A stretch of DNA of 64,000 nt, from assembly GCA_041644975.1 (NCBI GenBank), contig JBAZQX010000001.1:39274-103273 (forward strand), given 5' to 3'. Positions 54,611 through 62,475 of this stretch are shown piece after piece. Position 1 is the stretch's first letter. Every line of letters begins with the position of its first letter. The position numbers were made by a program, and so were the translations under genes. The stretch comes from Candidatus Doudnabacteria bacterium. GTDB lineage: Bacteria; Patescibacteriota; JAQUNI01. The notes below the pieces were generated by a model. It did no database searches. It was not told the DNA's origin and was given only the letters and a program-made list of their open reading frames with translations.

Positions 54611-55684
54611 CTATTTGGCAGTGAAGGATTTAAAAATCTTTTTCTTATTTTTTTTCAAGATAAATTTTTGGATTACTACATATCCGTAGGCATATAGAAA
54701 CATCAAACAAACTAAAGGATGCATAAACCAGGCTGCATCTTTTTTTTTCCGAAATCCGCGGCAGGCATCTAAAAAGGGTTTCAATATTGTGAGGGTAAAA
54801 AATATATATTCTACTAATAAAAGATTATCCTTGATATTCTTACTATCGTATATTTTATATCTTCTTCTGTCAACAAGTTTGATGCTATGTTTTTGGAAAT
54901 AATCAATTCTTTTTTTGATAAGCCTGCGGAACGAATCACCCGTTTCATGAATAATGGTATTTTTAACGAAAGCGATATTTTGGTAGCCCAATTTAACTAA
55001 ATCAAAGATAATATCAATATGGAAAAGGTCTTCGGGAATAGTTAAAACTTTTTCTAGCAGCTTTCTTCTCACAAGGAAACCATTGCTTCCAACAGTAGGT
55101 AGATCTTGATCAAATTTTACTTTGTAATATATGCCTTGATCGTGAGCACAGCCCTTTAATTTCCAAGATGAATAATAGTAGGGCAAACGGTCCTGCTTTT
55201 TCAAATAGAGAGCCACTGGATCGTTAGCGCCAAATAGCGCACAATAGCGGTTGAATAGAGTATCATTTTTGCGATAAGCGTAACGTAAGGTTTGGGAAGC
55301 AAAAATTTCAGAATCATTGAGGAAGGGTGTCACCATATCTTTAAACCAAGTTTGATAAGGCAAGAGATTGTCTGTATCAATAATTGCTACGATTTCATTG
55401 CGTGCCTTTTTAATTCCCCAAAAGCGACGTGCTTCTTGATTGTCCTGATATCCTCCCTCAATAAATTCAGCTTTATATTTGCGGGCTATTTCTTGACTTG
55501 TATCAGTTGAACCGCCATCAGTAACTAAAATTTCTATCTTCTCTTGGGAGTAGTCTTGGCTACGAATACTCTGGAGGCATTTCTCTAGTTTAGGTGCGTT
55601 ATTGAAGTTGGCGATAACTACAGATAAAGAAAGCCAGCAAGGCTCTGAGATTCGGTGTTTTATTGGAGATGAATTAATTTCCAT
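54611..55684 (-). CDS. GT2-family glycosyltransferase with C-terminal TM helices
   Basis: It has LSVVIANFNNAPKLEKCL, LVTDGGSTD and a DxD region, plus two C-terminal TM helices. Confidence 0.7.
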   Translation of the reverse strand: MEINSSPIKHRISEPCWLSLSVVIANFNNAPKLEKCLQSIRSQDYSQEKIEILVTDGGSTDTSQEIARKYKAEFIEGGYQDNQEARRFWGIKKARNEIVAIIDTDNLLPYQTWFKDMVTPFLNDSEIFASQTLRYAYRKNDTLFNRYCALFGANDPVALYLKKQDRLPYYYSSWKLKGCAHDQGIYYKVKFDQDLPTVGSNGFLVRRKLLEKVLTIPEDLFHIDIIFDLVKLGYQNIAFVKNTIIHETGDSFRRLIKKRIDYFQKHSIKLVDRRRYKIYDSKNIKDNLLLVEYIFFTLTILKPFLDACRGFRKKKDAAWFMHPLVCLMFLYAYGYVVIQKFILKKNKKKIFKSFTAK

Positions 55685-55690
55685 TATAAA

Positions 55691-55718
55691 CTTGAATTAT
55701 GAAATGTCCTTCAAAAAT
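55691..55718 (-). promoter_or_regulatory. second copy of the 28-nt start-proximal element (cttgaattatgaaatgtccttcaaaaat), 6 nt upstream of the 54611..55684 start
   Basis: See the copy at 34838-34865. Confidence 0.45.
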
Positions 55719-55745
55719 TTACCCCCACCAAAGGTTTTCAGTGCA

Positions 55746-55815
55746 GGGTTTCGCCCTTACTGAAACCCCATTCGGAGTAGATGCTTATGAGCCGTGAAGT
55801 CGTGGAGGGCTTCAC
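55746..55815. repeat. conserved two-hairpin motif, copy 3 (gggtttcgcccttactgaaaccc ... gatgcttatgagccgtgaagtcgtggagggcttcac), overlapping the 3' end of the 55757..56968 CDS
   Basis: The last ~18 codons (EALHDFTAHKHLLRMGFQ) and the stop of the upstream gene are encoded by the motif. Confidence 0.55.
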
Positions 55816-56968
55816 ATTTTTGGATAATAAGGTTAAAGACCCGTTCACTTGACCGACCATCTAAAAAGGTAAGCATTTTTTGACAGGTTTTGCGCCGTCC
55901 TCCCTGGTTCAAATCTGGACGGACTAGATATTGATTAATTGCCGCGAGGAATTGTTTTTTATTTTTAACCACTGTGGTTCCCTGCTCCGTAATGATGTCT
56001 TGATAATGTTCTTTAAAATCGCGGTACACCGCGCTTTTGCGCCAGCGCCAAAAGTCAAATGGTTTACTAAACATTACATTGATGGTCGGCGTGTCGCCGA
56101 GCATTGATTCTATGGCCGCTGTGGAAGAGAAATTGACCATAAGATCGCTATTAATCCAAAGGCTCACGAGCATATACATATCTTGATCCGTAGGATTATA
56201 TTTGAACAAAGGGTGCGGAGTAGAATCCTTTCTGCCAAAGCTATAACGCAGTTTGACTTTATATTTATTCGCATACCGTTCATGTTTAATAATGTTTCCT
56301 CCGGGATGAACCGAACAATAAATTTCCACAGGCATTTTGATTTTTCCTTGATCGCGCGCTTCGGCAATGATTTTGACTACATAGGAGATATCATAAAGTT
56401 CAACCGTCGCAATGTGAATTAACTTTTTTTTGGGGTTAACATTAAGGTAATGGCATAATTCTTCGCGCGAAGGGATTTTATCTTTATGCCAAAAGTAATC
56501 AAGGCGCGGCGAACCAACTATGTGAATTTGGTTGTCTTTGTAGCCAAAGATTCTTTGCGCATGTTCCTTCATCATTTCGTTCCAAACCAAGAGGGTATTC
56601 ACTTTGACCATTTCATTTTGGCGGCGTTCCATTTTCCAGATATTATCCCAGCTTTCTATATAAGTGAGCGTGGGAATTTTGCGTTTTTTTGCTTCCTTTA
56701 GAATAGGGATATCACATTCGTCAAGACCAGTGGTTGTGGAAACAACAAGCGTGGGTTGGTATTGTTTAAAGATAGAAGGTTTCCAGGCAACAAAAATAAA
56801 ACCCGAGCCTTGAAATTCGCGAGTGAGGTCCGGATATCTACTCATCGGGCTGACAATAATTAATTTTATTTTTTGCTCCCGAATTGCTTGTTCAAAAAAA
56901 GGTCGCAACGGTTTAAGAAGCGCGCGGGAGTGAGAGCCCGAGGGAACGGATAAAAAAATGGTCTTCAT
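55757..56968 (-). CDS. GT-B-like protein, possibly CDP-glycerol/CDP-alcohol glycerophosphotransferase (TagF-like) or capsule biosynthesis protein
   Basis: The ~400 aa have a two-Rossmann-like layout. CSVHPGG is an HP motif reminiscent of TagF. The call is weak. Confidence 0.3.
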   Translation of the reverse strand: MKTIFLSVPSGSHSRALLKPLRPFFEQAIREQKIKLIIVSPMSRYPDLTREFQGSGFIFVAWKPSIFKQYQPTLVVSTTTGLDECDIPILKEAKKRKIPTLTYIESWDNIWKMERRQNEMVKVNTLLVWNEMMKEHAQRIFGYKDNQIHIVGSPRLDYFWHKDKIPSREELCHYLNVNPKKKLIHIATVELYDISYVVKIIAEARDQGKIKMPVEIYCSVHPGGNIIKHERYANKYKVKLRYSFGRKDSTPHPLFKYNPTDQDMYMLVSLWINSDLMVNFSSTAAIESMLGDTPTINVMFSKPFDFWRWRKSAVYRDFKEHYQDIITEQGTTVVKNKKQFLAAINQYLVRPDLNQGGRRKTCQKMLTFLDGRSSERVFNLIIQKCEALHDFTAHKHLLRMGFQ

Positions 56969-57093
56969 AGAATATTTTTATCTTTTCAAGAGGGTAAGCT
57001 TTTTCAGCATAGCATAAATTTGGCACTTTTTACAATTAAAAGTTTGACCATTAAAACCGAAATAAAAAGATATTTTAATCAACGTCTTTGTAT

Positions 57094-59574
57094 TTATTTT
57101 TTCTTTTTCCGTAGAGATATTATTCCTATTGTGATGAGGAGCAAAAATGTGGTCGCGGAAATGTAGGCTCCTATTTTGACATTTTTAGGTTCAAACTTGA
57201 AAATCACATTATGTTTTCCTTGGGTCAGGGCCACGCCGCGAGCAAGGTAATTGGCTCGGTAAATTTTATCTTTTTTCCCATCTATATAAACTTGCCAACC
57301 AGGATAATAAAGGTCACTGAAGATTAAAAAGCCATTGTGAGTTAAATTGGTTTTAATACTAATTTGGTTTGGCGTGTATTGAGTGATCATAGCGTAGGAA
57401 TCTTGGAGATCCTGACTTCCTTGTAAATGCGGTGTTTCTTCAAATACGGCAGTTTTCAAAGGGTTAAAAGCGGAATTATTCAAGCGCTCCAATATTTTAA
57501 TATCCTCGGTAATTACTTCTGCTTGAGGAACGAGAAAAACACGGGGCAGGGCTTTTTGATTTTCATAAATTTTAATCTCCTGATTGTAGACTAATTTAAA
57601 GCCTTCATCTTTAATTTTTTGTTCGGGCGGGGTAAGGATATATTTCACGTTAAAAAGATCAAGAAGAGGAGAATTATAGCGGGTGAGCCAAAGATTGGTA
57701 TGAAATTGGTTTGTGAGATTGGCGCGGTCATTGTTTTCAATAAAGCTCATATATTCATCATAGCGCAAGAGGTAGATATTGTATTCCACACCAATGTCGC
57801 TAACATTGTAGTTAGCTAGAGCGTTCGGAAAGATGACATTCCAGCCATCGGTTGAGCTCACGCGGTACAGGCTGTGATCTTGTTTTAAAAAGGCAACCGG
57901 CGGGATCTCCGGGAAGACATCCCCTCGCTTGGTGGGCATAGGGTTATAAAACCAACCAATATAGAAAAGATCCGCGAGGGTAAGAAGTAAAAAAAGAACT
58001 TTAAGAGAGCAAATTTTTACCTTACGCTGGTAGAACAAAATTAAAAGTACAGAAGTGGCAGCAAGGAGCGCTAACGGCGTATAAACACTGGCGTCAAAGA
58101 GACTAAAGTGGTCTTTTAAAATTTGGTACCAATCCAGTAATTCATTCTGGTAATAATTTATTCCTTGCTCTGGATTTGTTTCCAAAAAATACTTCACGGA
58201 AATTTTTTCCCCTGTCTGGAGAAATAAATTTTTGACCCATGGAAGTCTTAGAAAGAGACAAAATGCAAGTAAAATTACCAAGACCGCGCTAAAGCCCTTT
58301 AAAATATTGAAAACTCTTTTTTTGCTTGCCCGAGGCTTTTGGAAAAAATAATTTAAACCATAAGCGACGAGGACAGAAGAGGCGAAGACGTAGATAATAT
58401 TGGCGCGATAGGTATTCCACATCTTACTCACTAAGGGGAGGTGGAGCGCTCCCTTTGCCCAGAGAGGCGTTAAAAGTTGGAGAAGAATTAAAAGAAGAGA
58501 AGCCCAGAAGAAAAATTTGATTTCCAGTTTTTGTCGCATCTTTTTTCCGCAAGCCAAGAGAGCAAAGAGAAGAGGTAAAAAGCCGATATACGGAAGAGAG
58601 ATGGGAGAAAAATCTAGATGGAGAAGATGGAGGGCGTTTCTTTCTATTTTGGCGAAGGTCTGGAAGTTGGTTTGGGTATCACCGAACATCTGCGGCGCTA
58701 AGGCGGTAAGAAGGTGCCAGGGCGTAATCCATTGCGCAAGTTCATTAGGGCTGCGGTGGCCTAAATTTTGGAGCTCAAGCATTGGCAGGAGTTGGACCGC
58801 TGCTAAAGCAGACATTAAGATGAAAGGGAAAATAGCATAAACCAAGAGCCTTTTGAGATTTTTAGCGGCTTTGGATAATCCCGCAAGTTTCATTAAAACA
58901 TACAAGAAAGCAAAGCCGGTGACATAAAATCCCGTCTGAGGGTGGGCGGCAATAAATTGGAGGCTTAAGAAGATAGTCGCCAGAGCGCTGTAGAAAAACT
59001 TGCGGGTTTGGAAGACCTTTTCTAAACAAAAGAAAATAAAAGGAATACTCCAAAGCGTTTGGGTCATCCAAGGGATTTCAAGCTTCAGCATCACAAGTGT
59101 GTTCAGTATATAAGCCAGAGTGCCGAAGATCCCTGCCCAAGCCTTAATTTTGAGGAGTCGCAAATATAGAAAAAAACCTATACCCGCAAGAAAAATCTTG
59201 ATGATAATTGACCATGAATAAGCAATTTCCGGGGCAAAAAAGATGAATAACGGGCTTGTAAAACTAAGCATTAAGCTCGTGCTATTGGCGAAGATAGGAT
59301 AGCCTCCTGTAAGATACGGCCACCAAAGCGGAAAATGACCCTTTTGAAACTCCGCGCCGTAGAATTTAAAAGTGGGAAAATAGACGGTTGAGGAGTCACT
59401 GCTGGTATAGGGCGGACGCTCCCCTTGGAAAAAGGTGGGCAGATAAGCGCTCCAAGGGAGTTTATCGGATAGCGCTGACATATCCACCAGCACGTGGTTT
59501 TCAAAAATCACCTTATAAAAGAAGCCTAGCACTACGAGAAGAATGAAGAAAAATGGTAGAATTTTTTTGAGCAT
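57094..59574 (-). CDS. YfhO-family GT-C-like membrane glycosyltransferase
   Basis: The 826-aa protein has an N-terminal ~500-aa polytopic domain, an extracytoplasmic domain ending FSDLYYPGWQVYIDGKK, and a C-terminal TM plus KKKK. Confidence 0.65.
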   Translation of the reverse strand: MLKKILPFFFILLVVLGFFYKVIFENHVLVDMSALSDKLPWSAYLPTFFQGERPPYTSSDSSTVYFPTFKFYGAEFQKGHFPLWWPYLTGGYPIFANSTSLMLSFTSPLFIFFAPEIAYSWSIIIKIFLAGIGFFLYLRLLKIKAWAGIFGTLAYILNTLVMLKLEIPWMTQTLWSIPFIFFCLEKVFQTRKFFYSALATIFLSLQFIAAHPQTGFYVTGFAFLYVLMKLAGLSKAAKNLKRLLVYAIFPFILMSALAAVQLLPMLELQNLGHRSPNELAQWITPWHLLTALAPQMFGDTQTNFQTFAKIERNALHLLHLDFSPISLPYIGFLPLLFALLACGKKMRQKLEIKFFFWASLLLILLQLLTPLWAKGALHLPLVSKMWNTYRANIIYVFASSVLVAYGLNYFFQKPRASKKRVFNILKGFSAVLVILLAFCLFLRLPWVKNLFLQTGEKISVKYFLETNPEQGINYYQNELLDWYQILKDHFSLFDASVYTPLALLAATSVLLILFYQRKVKICSLKVLFLLLTLADLFYIGWFYNPMPTKRGDVFPEIPPVAFLKQDHSLYRVSSTDGWNVIFPNALANYNVSDIGVEYNIYLLRYDEYMSFIENNDRANLTNQFHTNLWLTRYNSPLLDLFNVKYILTPPEQKIKDEGFKLVYNQEIKIYENQKALPRVFLVPQAEVITEDIKILERLNNSAFNPLKTAVFEETPHLQGSQDLQDSYAMITQYTPNQISIKTNLTHNGFLIFSDLYYPGWQVYIDGKKDKIYRANYLARGVALTQGKHNVIFKFEPKNVKIGAYISATTFLLLITIGIISLRKKKK

Positions 59575-59657
59575 ATTTTAGTATATATTCATTATATTAG
59601 TTTAAGATAAATAAGGGGGGAAATCAAGGTTTTAGATATTTCATTTTCTGTTAGTTT

Positions 59658-60560
59658 GTGCTACCATATGCTTATATTTCAAACAAGCGAAAGAAAGATT
59701 TTATGAAAAAATTGATTATTAACGCGGATGATTTTGGCTTATCGCGAAGCGTCAATCGCGGCATTATAGAGTGTTTCCAAAGGGGTGTTGTCAGGAGCGC
59801 TACTTTAATGCCGAATATGCCGGGATTTGCAGATGCTGTGCGGCTCGCTAGAGAGAATACAGGTTTGGGCATTGGCGCGCATTTGAATATTTATCGGGGT
59901 AGGCCTGTCTTGCCGCGGGATAAAGTTCCCTCTTTGGTGAATAGAGAAGGGATGTTTTTGGCTTCTTTTGCTCTGGTGCGGCGGATTTATTTGGGTCAGG
60001 TGCATCCTCAAGAGGTGGAGGCGGAGTTTAAAGCGCAGATTGCGAAAATCAAAGAAGCGGGCGTGGCCATCACTCACCTGGACAGTGAAAAGCATTTTCA
60101 CGCTCTGCCGAACATTGCGCCGGTGGTGGCTCGTCTCGCGGCTTATTTTAATATTCCGAGGGTGCGTCTGCCGCGGGAAAAGTGGTCGCCCAAACATTTA
60201 TCTGACCTTCTCTCTTCCCAATTCTATAAAATGCAATATTTAGCTTTCCGCTCTCATTTTTTGGCCGCGGAATTTAAAAAACATAAAATCAAATTTGTTG
60301 ACAATTTCTACGGAATATTATATAGTGGAAAGATTAATTTGCAAGGGTTTCTGAAATTATTGGAACAGTTAGGCCTTAATAATTCAGAATTAATGGTCCA
60401 TCCCGGCTATGTGGACGAGGAATTAGAGGATCTTGCTCGCGAACTCAATAATCATCTTGTGGAAACGCGCGAAGAGGAGCTTAAAATTTTGACCCATCCT
60501 TTGGTGCAAGCCAAAATCCAGGAACGAGGGATCGAACTCATAAATTATCGAGATATCTAG
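59658..60560 (+). CDS. ChbG/HpnK (YdjC) family carbohydrate deacetylase. The likely start is the Met at ~59703 (MKKLIINADDFG).
   Basis: LIINADDFGLSRSVNRGIIECFQRGVV..SATLMPNMPGF...GAHLN is the YdjC-family N-terminal signature. Confidence 0.75.
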   Translation: MLPYAYISNKRKKDFMKKLIINADDFGLSRSVNRGIIECFQRGVVRSATLMPNMPGFADAVRLARENTGLGIGAHLNIYRGRPVLPRDKVPSLVNREGMFLASFALVRRIYLGQVHPQEVEAEFKAQIAKIKEAGVAITHLDSEKHFHALPNIAPVVARLAAYFNIPRVRLPREKWSPKHLSDLLSSQFYKMQYLAFRSHFLAAEFKKHKIKFVDNFYGILYSGKINLQGFLKLLEQLGLNNSELMVHPGYVDEELEDLARELNNHLVETREEELKILTHPLVQAKIQERGIELINYRDI

Positions 60561-60578
60561 AATTTTGATTATTAATTT

Positions 60579-61529
60579 ATGTCGTCTCTTAATCTTTCTA
60601 TTATTGTTCCGGTATTGAATGAAGAGAAAAATATTCCCCTGCTCTATAAGCAATTAAAGCAGGTTTTATTTAATTTGCAGAAAAATTGGGAAGTGATCTT
60701 TATTGATGATGGAAGTTATGATAGAACCTTTAAAGTTTTACAAGAATTACACCTTTTAGATCAAGGGGTGAAGGTTATTAAATTTACTCGCAATTTTGGC
60801 AAAGCCGCGGCTTACAGCGCGGGCTTCCGGATGGCGCGAGGCCAGATTATTATCACTATGGATGGCGATTTACAGGATGATCCGCGTGATATTCCTCGTC
60901 TTTTAGAAGCCTTGAGCCAGGGCTATGACTTAGTCACGGGCTGGAAAAATACAGGTAAAAGTTCACCCGCTCAATTTTTAGCCTCTCGTTTTTTTAACCG
61001 TCTTATTACCTTTTTTATGGGTCTTAAGGTTCACGACTTGAATTGTCCTTTAAAAGCTTACCGCGCCGTCGTAGCCAAGCAATTAAATCTTTACGGCGGT
61101 CTTTATCGCTATATTCCGATTTTGGCGCATGATGCGGGTTATCGGGTGGGCGAGATTTCGGTGCAAAATCACCCTCGTAAGTTCGGCAGAAGCAAATACA
61201 AAAGCGGAAAATATTTCAAAAGCCTTTTGGATTTTATCACGATTTATTTCCTTGTTCGCTATTCCCGCAAGCCCTTGCATTTCTTCGGTGTAGCCGGAAT
61301 AGGTTTTGGTTTTTTAGGGACAATAATCGGCTTTTATTTATTGGCAAGAAAATTTATTTATCATATTGAAATTATGAAAGAACACGGGCCCTTGCTCGTG
61401 TTTGCGGTTCTTTTAATAATTGTTGGTTTTCAAATGGTGAGCTTCGGGCTTTTAGCCGAAATGCTGACAAGGATTTATCAGAAAGAAAATCAACAGGAAG
61501 TGTGTTCAGTGGAGAAGGTTTTAGGGTAG
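60579..61529 (+). CDS. GT2 polyprenyl-phosphate glycosyltransferase (GtrB/ArnC-like) with C-terminal TM helices
   Basis: It has LSIIVPVLNEEKNI, FIDDGSYDRT, TMDGDLQDDP (DxD) and two C-terminal TM helices. Confidence 0.75.
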   Translation: MSSLNLSIIVPVLNEEKNIPLLYKQLKQVLFNLQKNWEVIFIDDGSYDRTFKVLQELHLLDQGVKVIKFTRNFGKAAAYSAGFRMARGQIIITMDGDLQDDPRDIPRLLEALSQGYDLVTGWKNTGKSSPAQFLASRFFNRLITFFMGLKVHDLNCPLKAYRAVVAKQLNLYGGLYRYIPILAHDAGYRVGEISVQNHPRKFGRSKYKSGKYFKSLLDFITIYFLVRYSRKPLHFFGVAGIGFGFLGTIIGFYLLARKFIYHIEIMKEHGPLLVFAVLLIIVGFQMVSFGLLAEMLTRIYQKENQQEVCSVEKVLG

Positions 61530-61533
61530 TATT

Positions 61534-62082
61534 TTGCACTTATGGGGAATACAGCATCTTGCATTTTGTTTGTATTGGAAAAGGAGAATTATAATGGAAA
61601 ATAGTGAAGGACGAATTCAGGTGTGGGGCGACACAGCTATTCTTGTCAATCTGGACGCGCCGCCAGAATTGCCTTTTGACAAAGCGATTATTGAACCAAA
61701 GATAGGTAGAGGTAGTGGTTGGGTTAAAGTTGAAAAGTGCGAGGATGGATTGTATATAAATGACCATAGGGTTATTCTGTATCTATCCGAACAGCAGAAG
61801 GGCGGGAAAGTGATTAGCGGCTTCAAGCTGAACGAGGAGCTTTTAGGAAAGCCCGTGCTTCATCCAAATATTTTAGATGCTCTTCTTGAGCATTTAGACC
61901 TCATTCCGGAGGATTGGAAAAAGCGTTACCTCTATATATTTTTTTGGGCAGTCATTTTCCGCGACTCCGATGGCCGTTTCTTTGTCCGTTTCCTATATTT
62001 CGACGGCGAGCGGTGGCAATGGGGCTACAGCGGGATCTACGTTGGCTGGGATAACGACGACCCCGCGGCGTTGCTCGTCTGA
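61534..62082 (+). CDS. hypothetical soluble protein. The likely start is at ~61594, preceded by AAGGAG.
   Basis: It is an ORF with a good Shine-Dalgarno (aaaggagaattataATG). No family was recognised. The 3' half is noticeably GC-richer than its neighbours. Confidence 0.4.
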   Translation: MHLWGIQHLAFCLYWKRRIIMENSEGRIQVWGDTAILVNLDAPPELPFDKAIIEPKIGRGSGWVKVEKCEDGLYINDHRVILYLSEQQKGGKVISGFKLNEELLGKPVLHPNILDALLEHLDLIPEDWKKRYLYIFFWAVIFRDSDGRFFVRFLYFDGERWQWGYSGIYVGWDNDDPAALLV

Positions 62083-62210
62083 AGATCTGGCGTAGCCATG
62101 ACAAGCTGAAAGTCCTGACGGAGGAAGGGTTAGTGCTTTAAGACTTTGTTTCTTGGGTCTTTTGTTTCTTGGAACTAAAGTCCTTGGAATATTGTGCGCT
62201 TACAATTCCA

Positions 62211-62245
62211 GGCCTCACGCAGAAATGCATGAAGCCTTTTTTATT
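62211..62245 (+). terminator. candidate rho-independent terminator (ggcctcacg / catgaagcc stem, then TTTTTTATT)
   Basis: It is an imperfect 9-bp stem followed by a T-run downstream of the 61534..62082 stop. Confidence 0.35.
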
Positions 62246-62247
62246 AT

Positions 62248-62475
62248 CTTAACCTTAAATTACGAAATTCACTTTGTCTATTAGCGAGCGATTTTTTCCT
62301 CCCCTTGACCTGCGGGAGGTTAGCCTGCCCGCCATCGCTTCGCTTCAGGCGAGGCGGGCGGGGAAGGGTCTAATAAATGACTATTCTCCCTCCCCCTCTT
62401 ATCTCCCCGCTCAGGGCAGGGGGAGTGTAATCAAGTTTTTCGCAATGACGACATATTTCGTAATTCATAGTATCT
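62248..62475. repeat. composite repeat region: a copy of the cysN 5' flank (cttaaccttaaattacgaaattcactttgtctattagcgagcg ... tttcgtaattcatag) whose interior is occupied by GC-rich elements (a hairpin at ~62298-62319, the family A core at ~62324-62363 and a family B segment at ~62386-62427)
   Basis: Direct comparison with 31155-31255. The terminal inverted motifs are ATTACGAAA and TTTCGTAAT. Confidence 0.6.

Noticed and set aside
59658-60560. Hopanoid HpnI/HpnJ/HpnK cluster (GT2 + YdjC deacetylase + radical SAM)
   Set aside because: Although the YdjC enzyme and a B12-radical-SAM enzyme occur in the window, they are 8 kb apart in different operons. No squalene-hopene cyclase or hpn genes are present, and the GT2 is of the polyprenyl-P (GtrB) type. 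A glycan-modification role is more parsimonious.
9258-62427. GC-rich palindromic repeats as a CRISPR array
   Set aside because: The copies are tens of kb apart. They are not regularly spaced with unique spacers, and they lie inside ORFs or at single junctions. There are no cas genes in the window.
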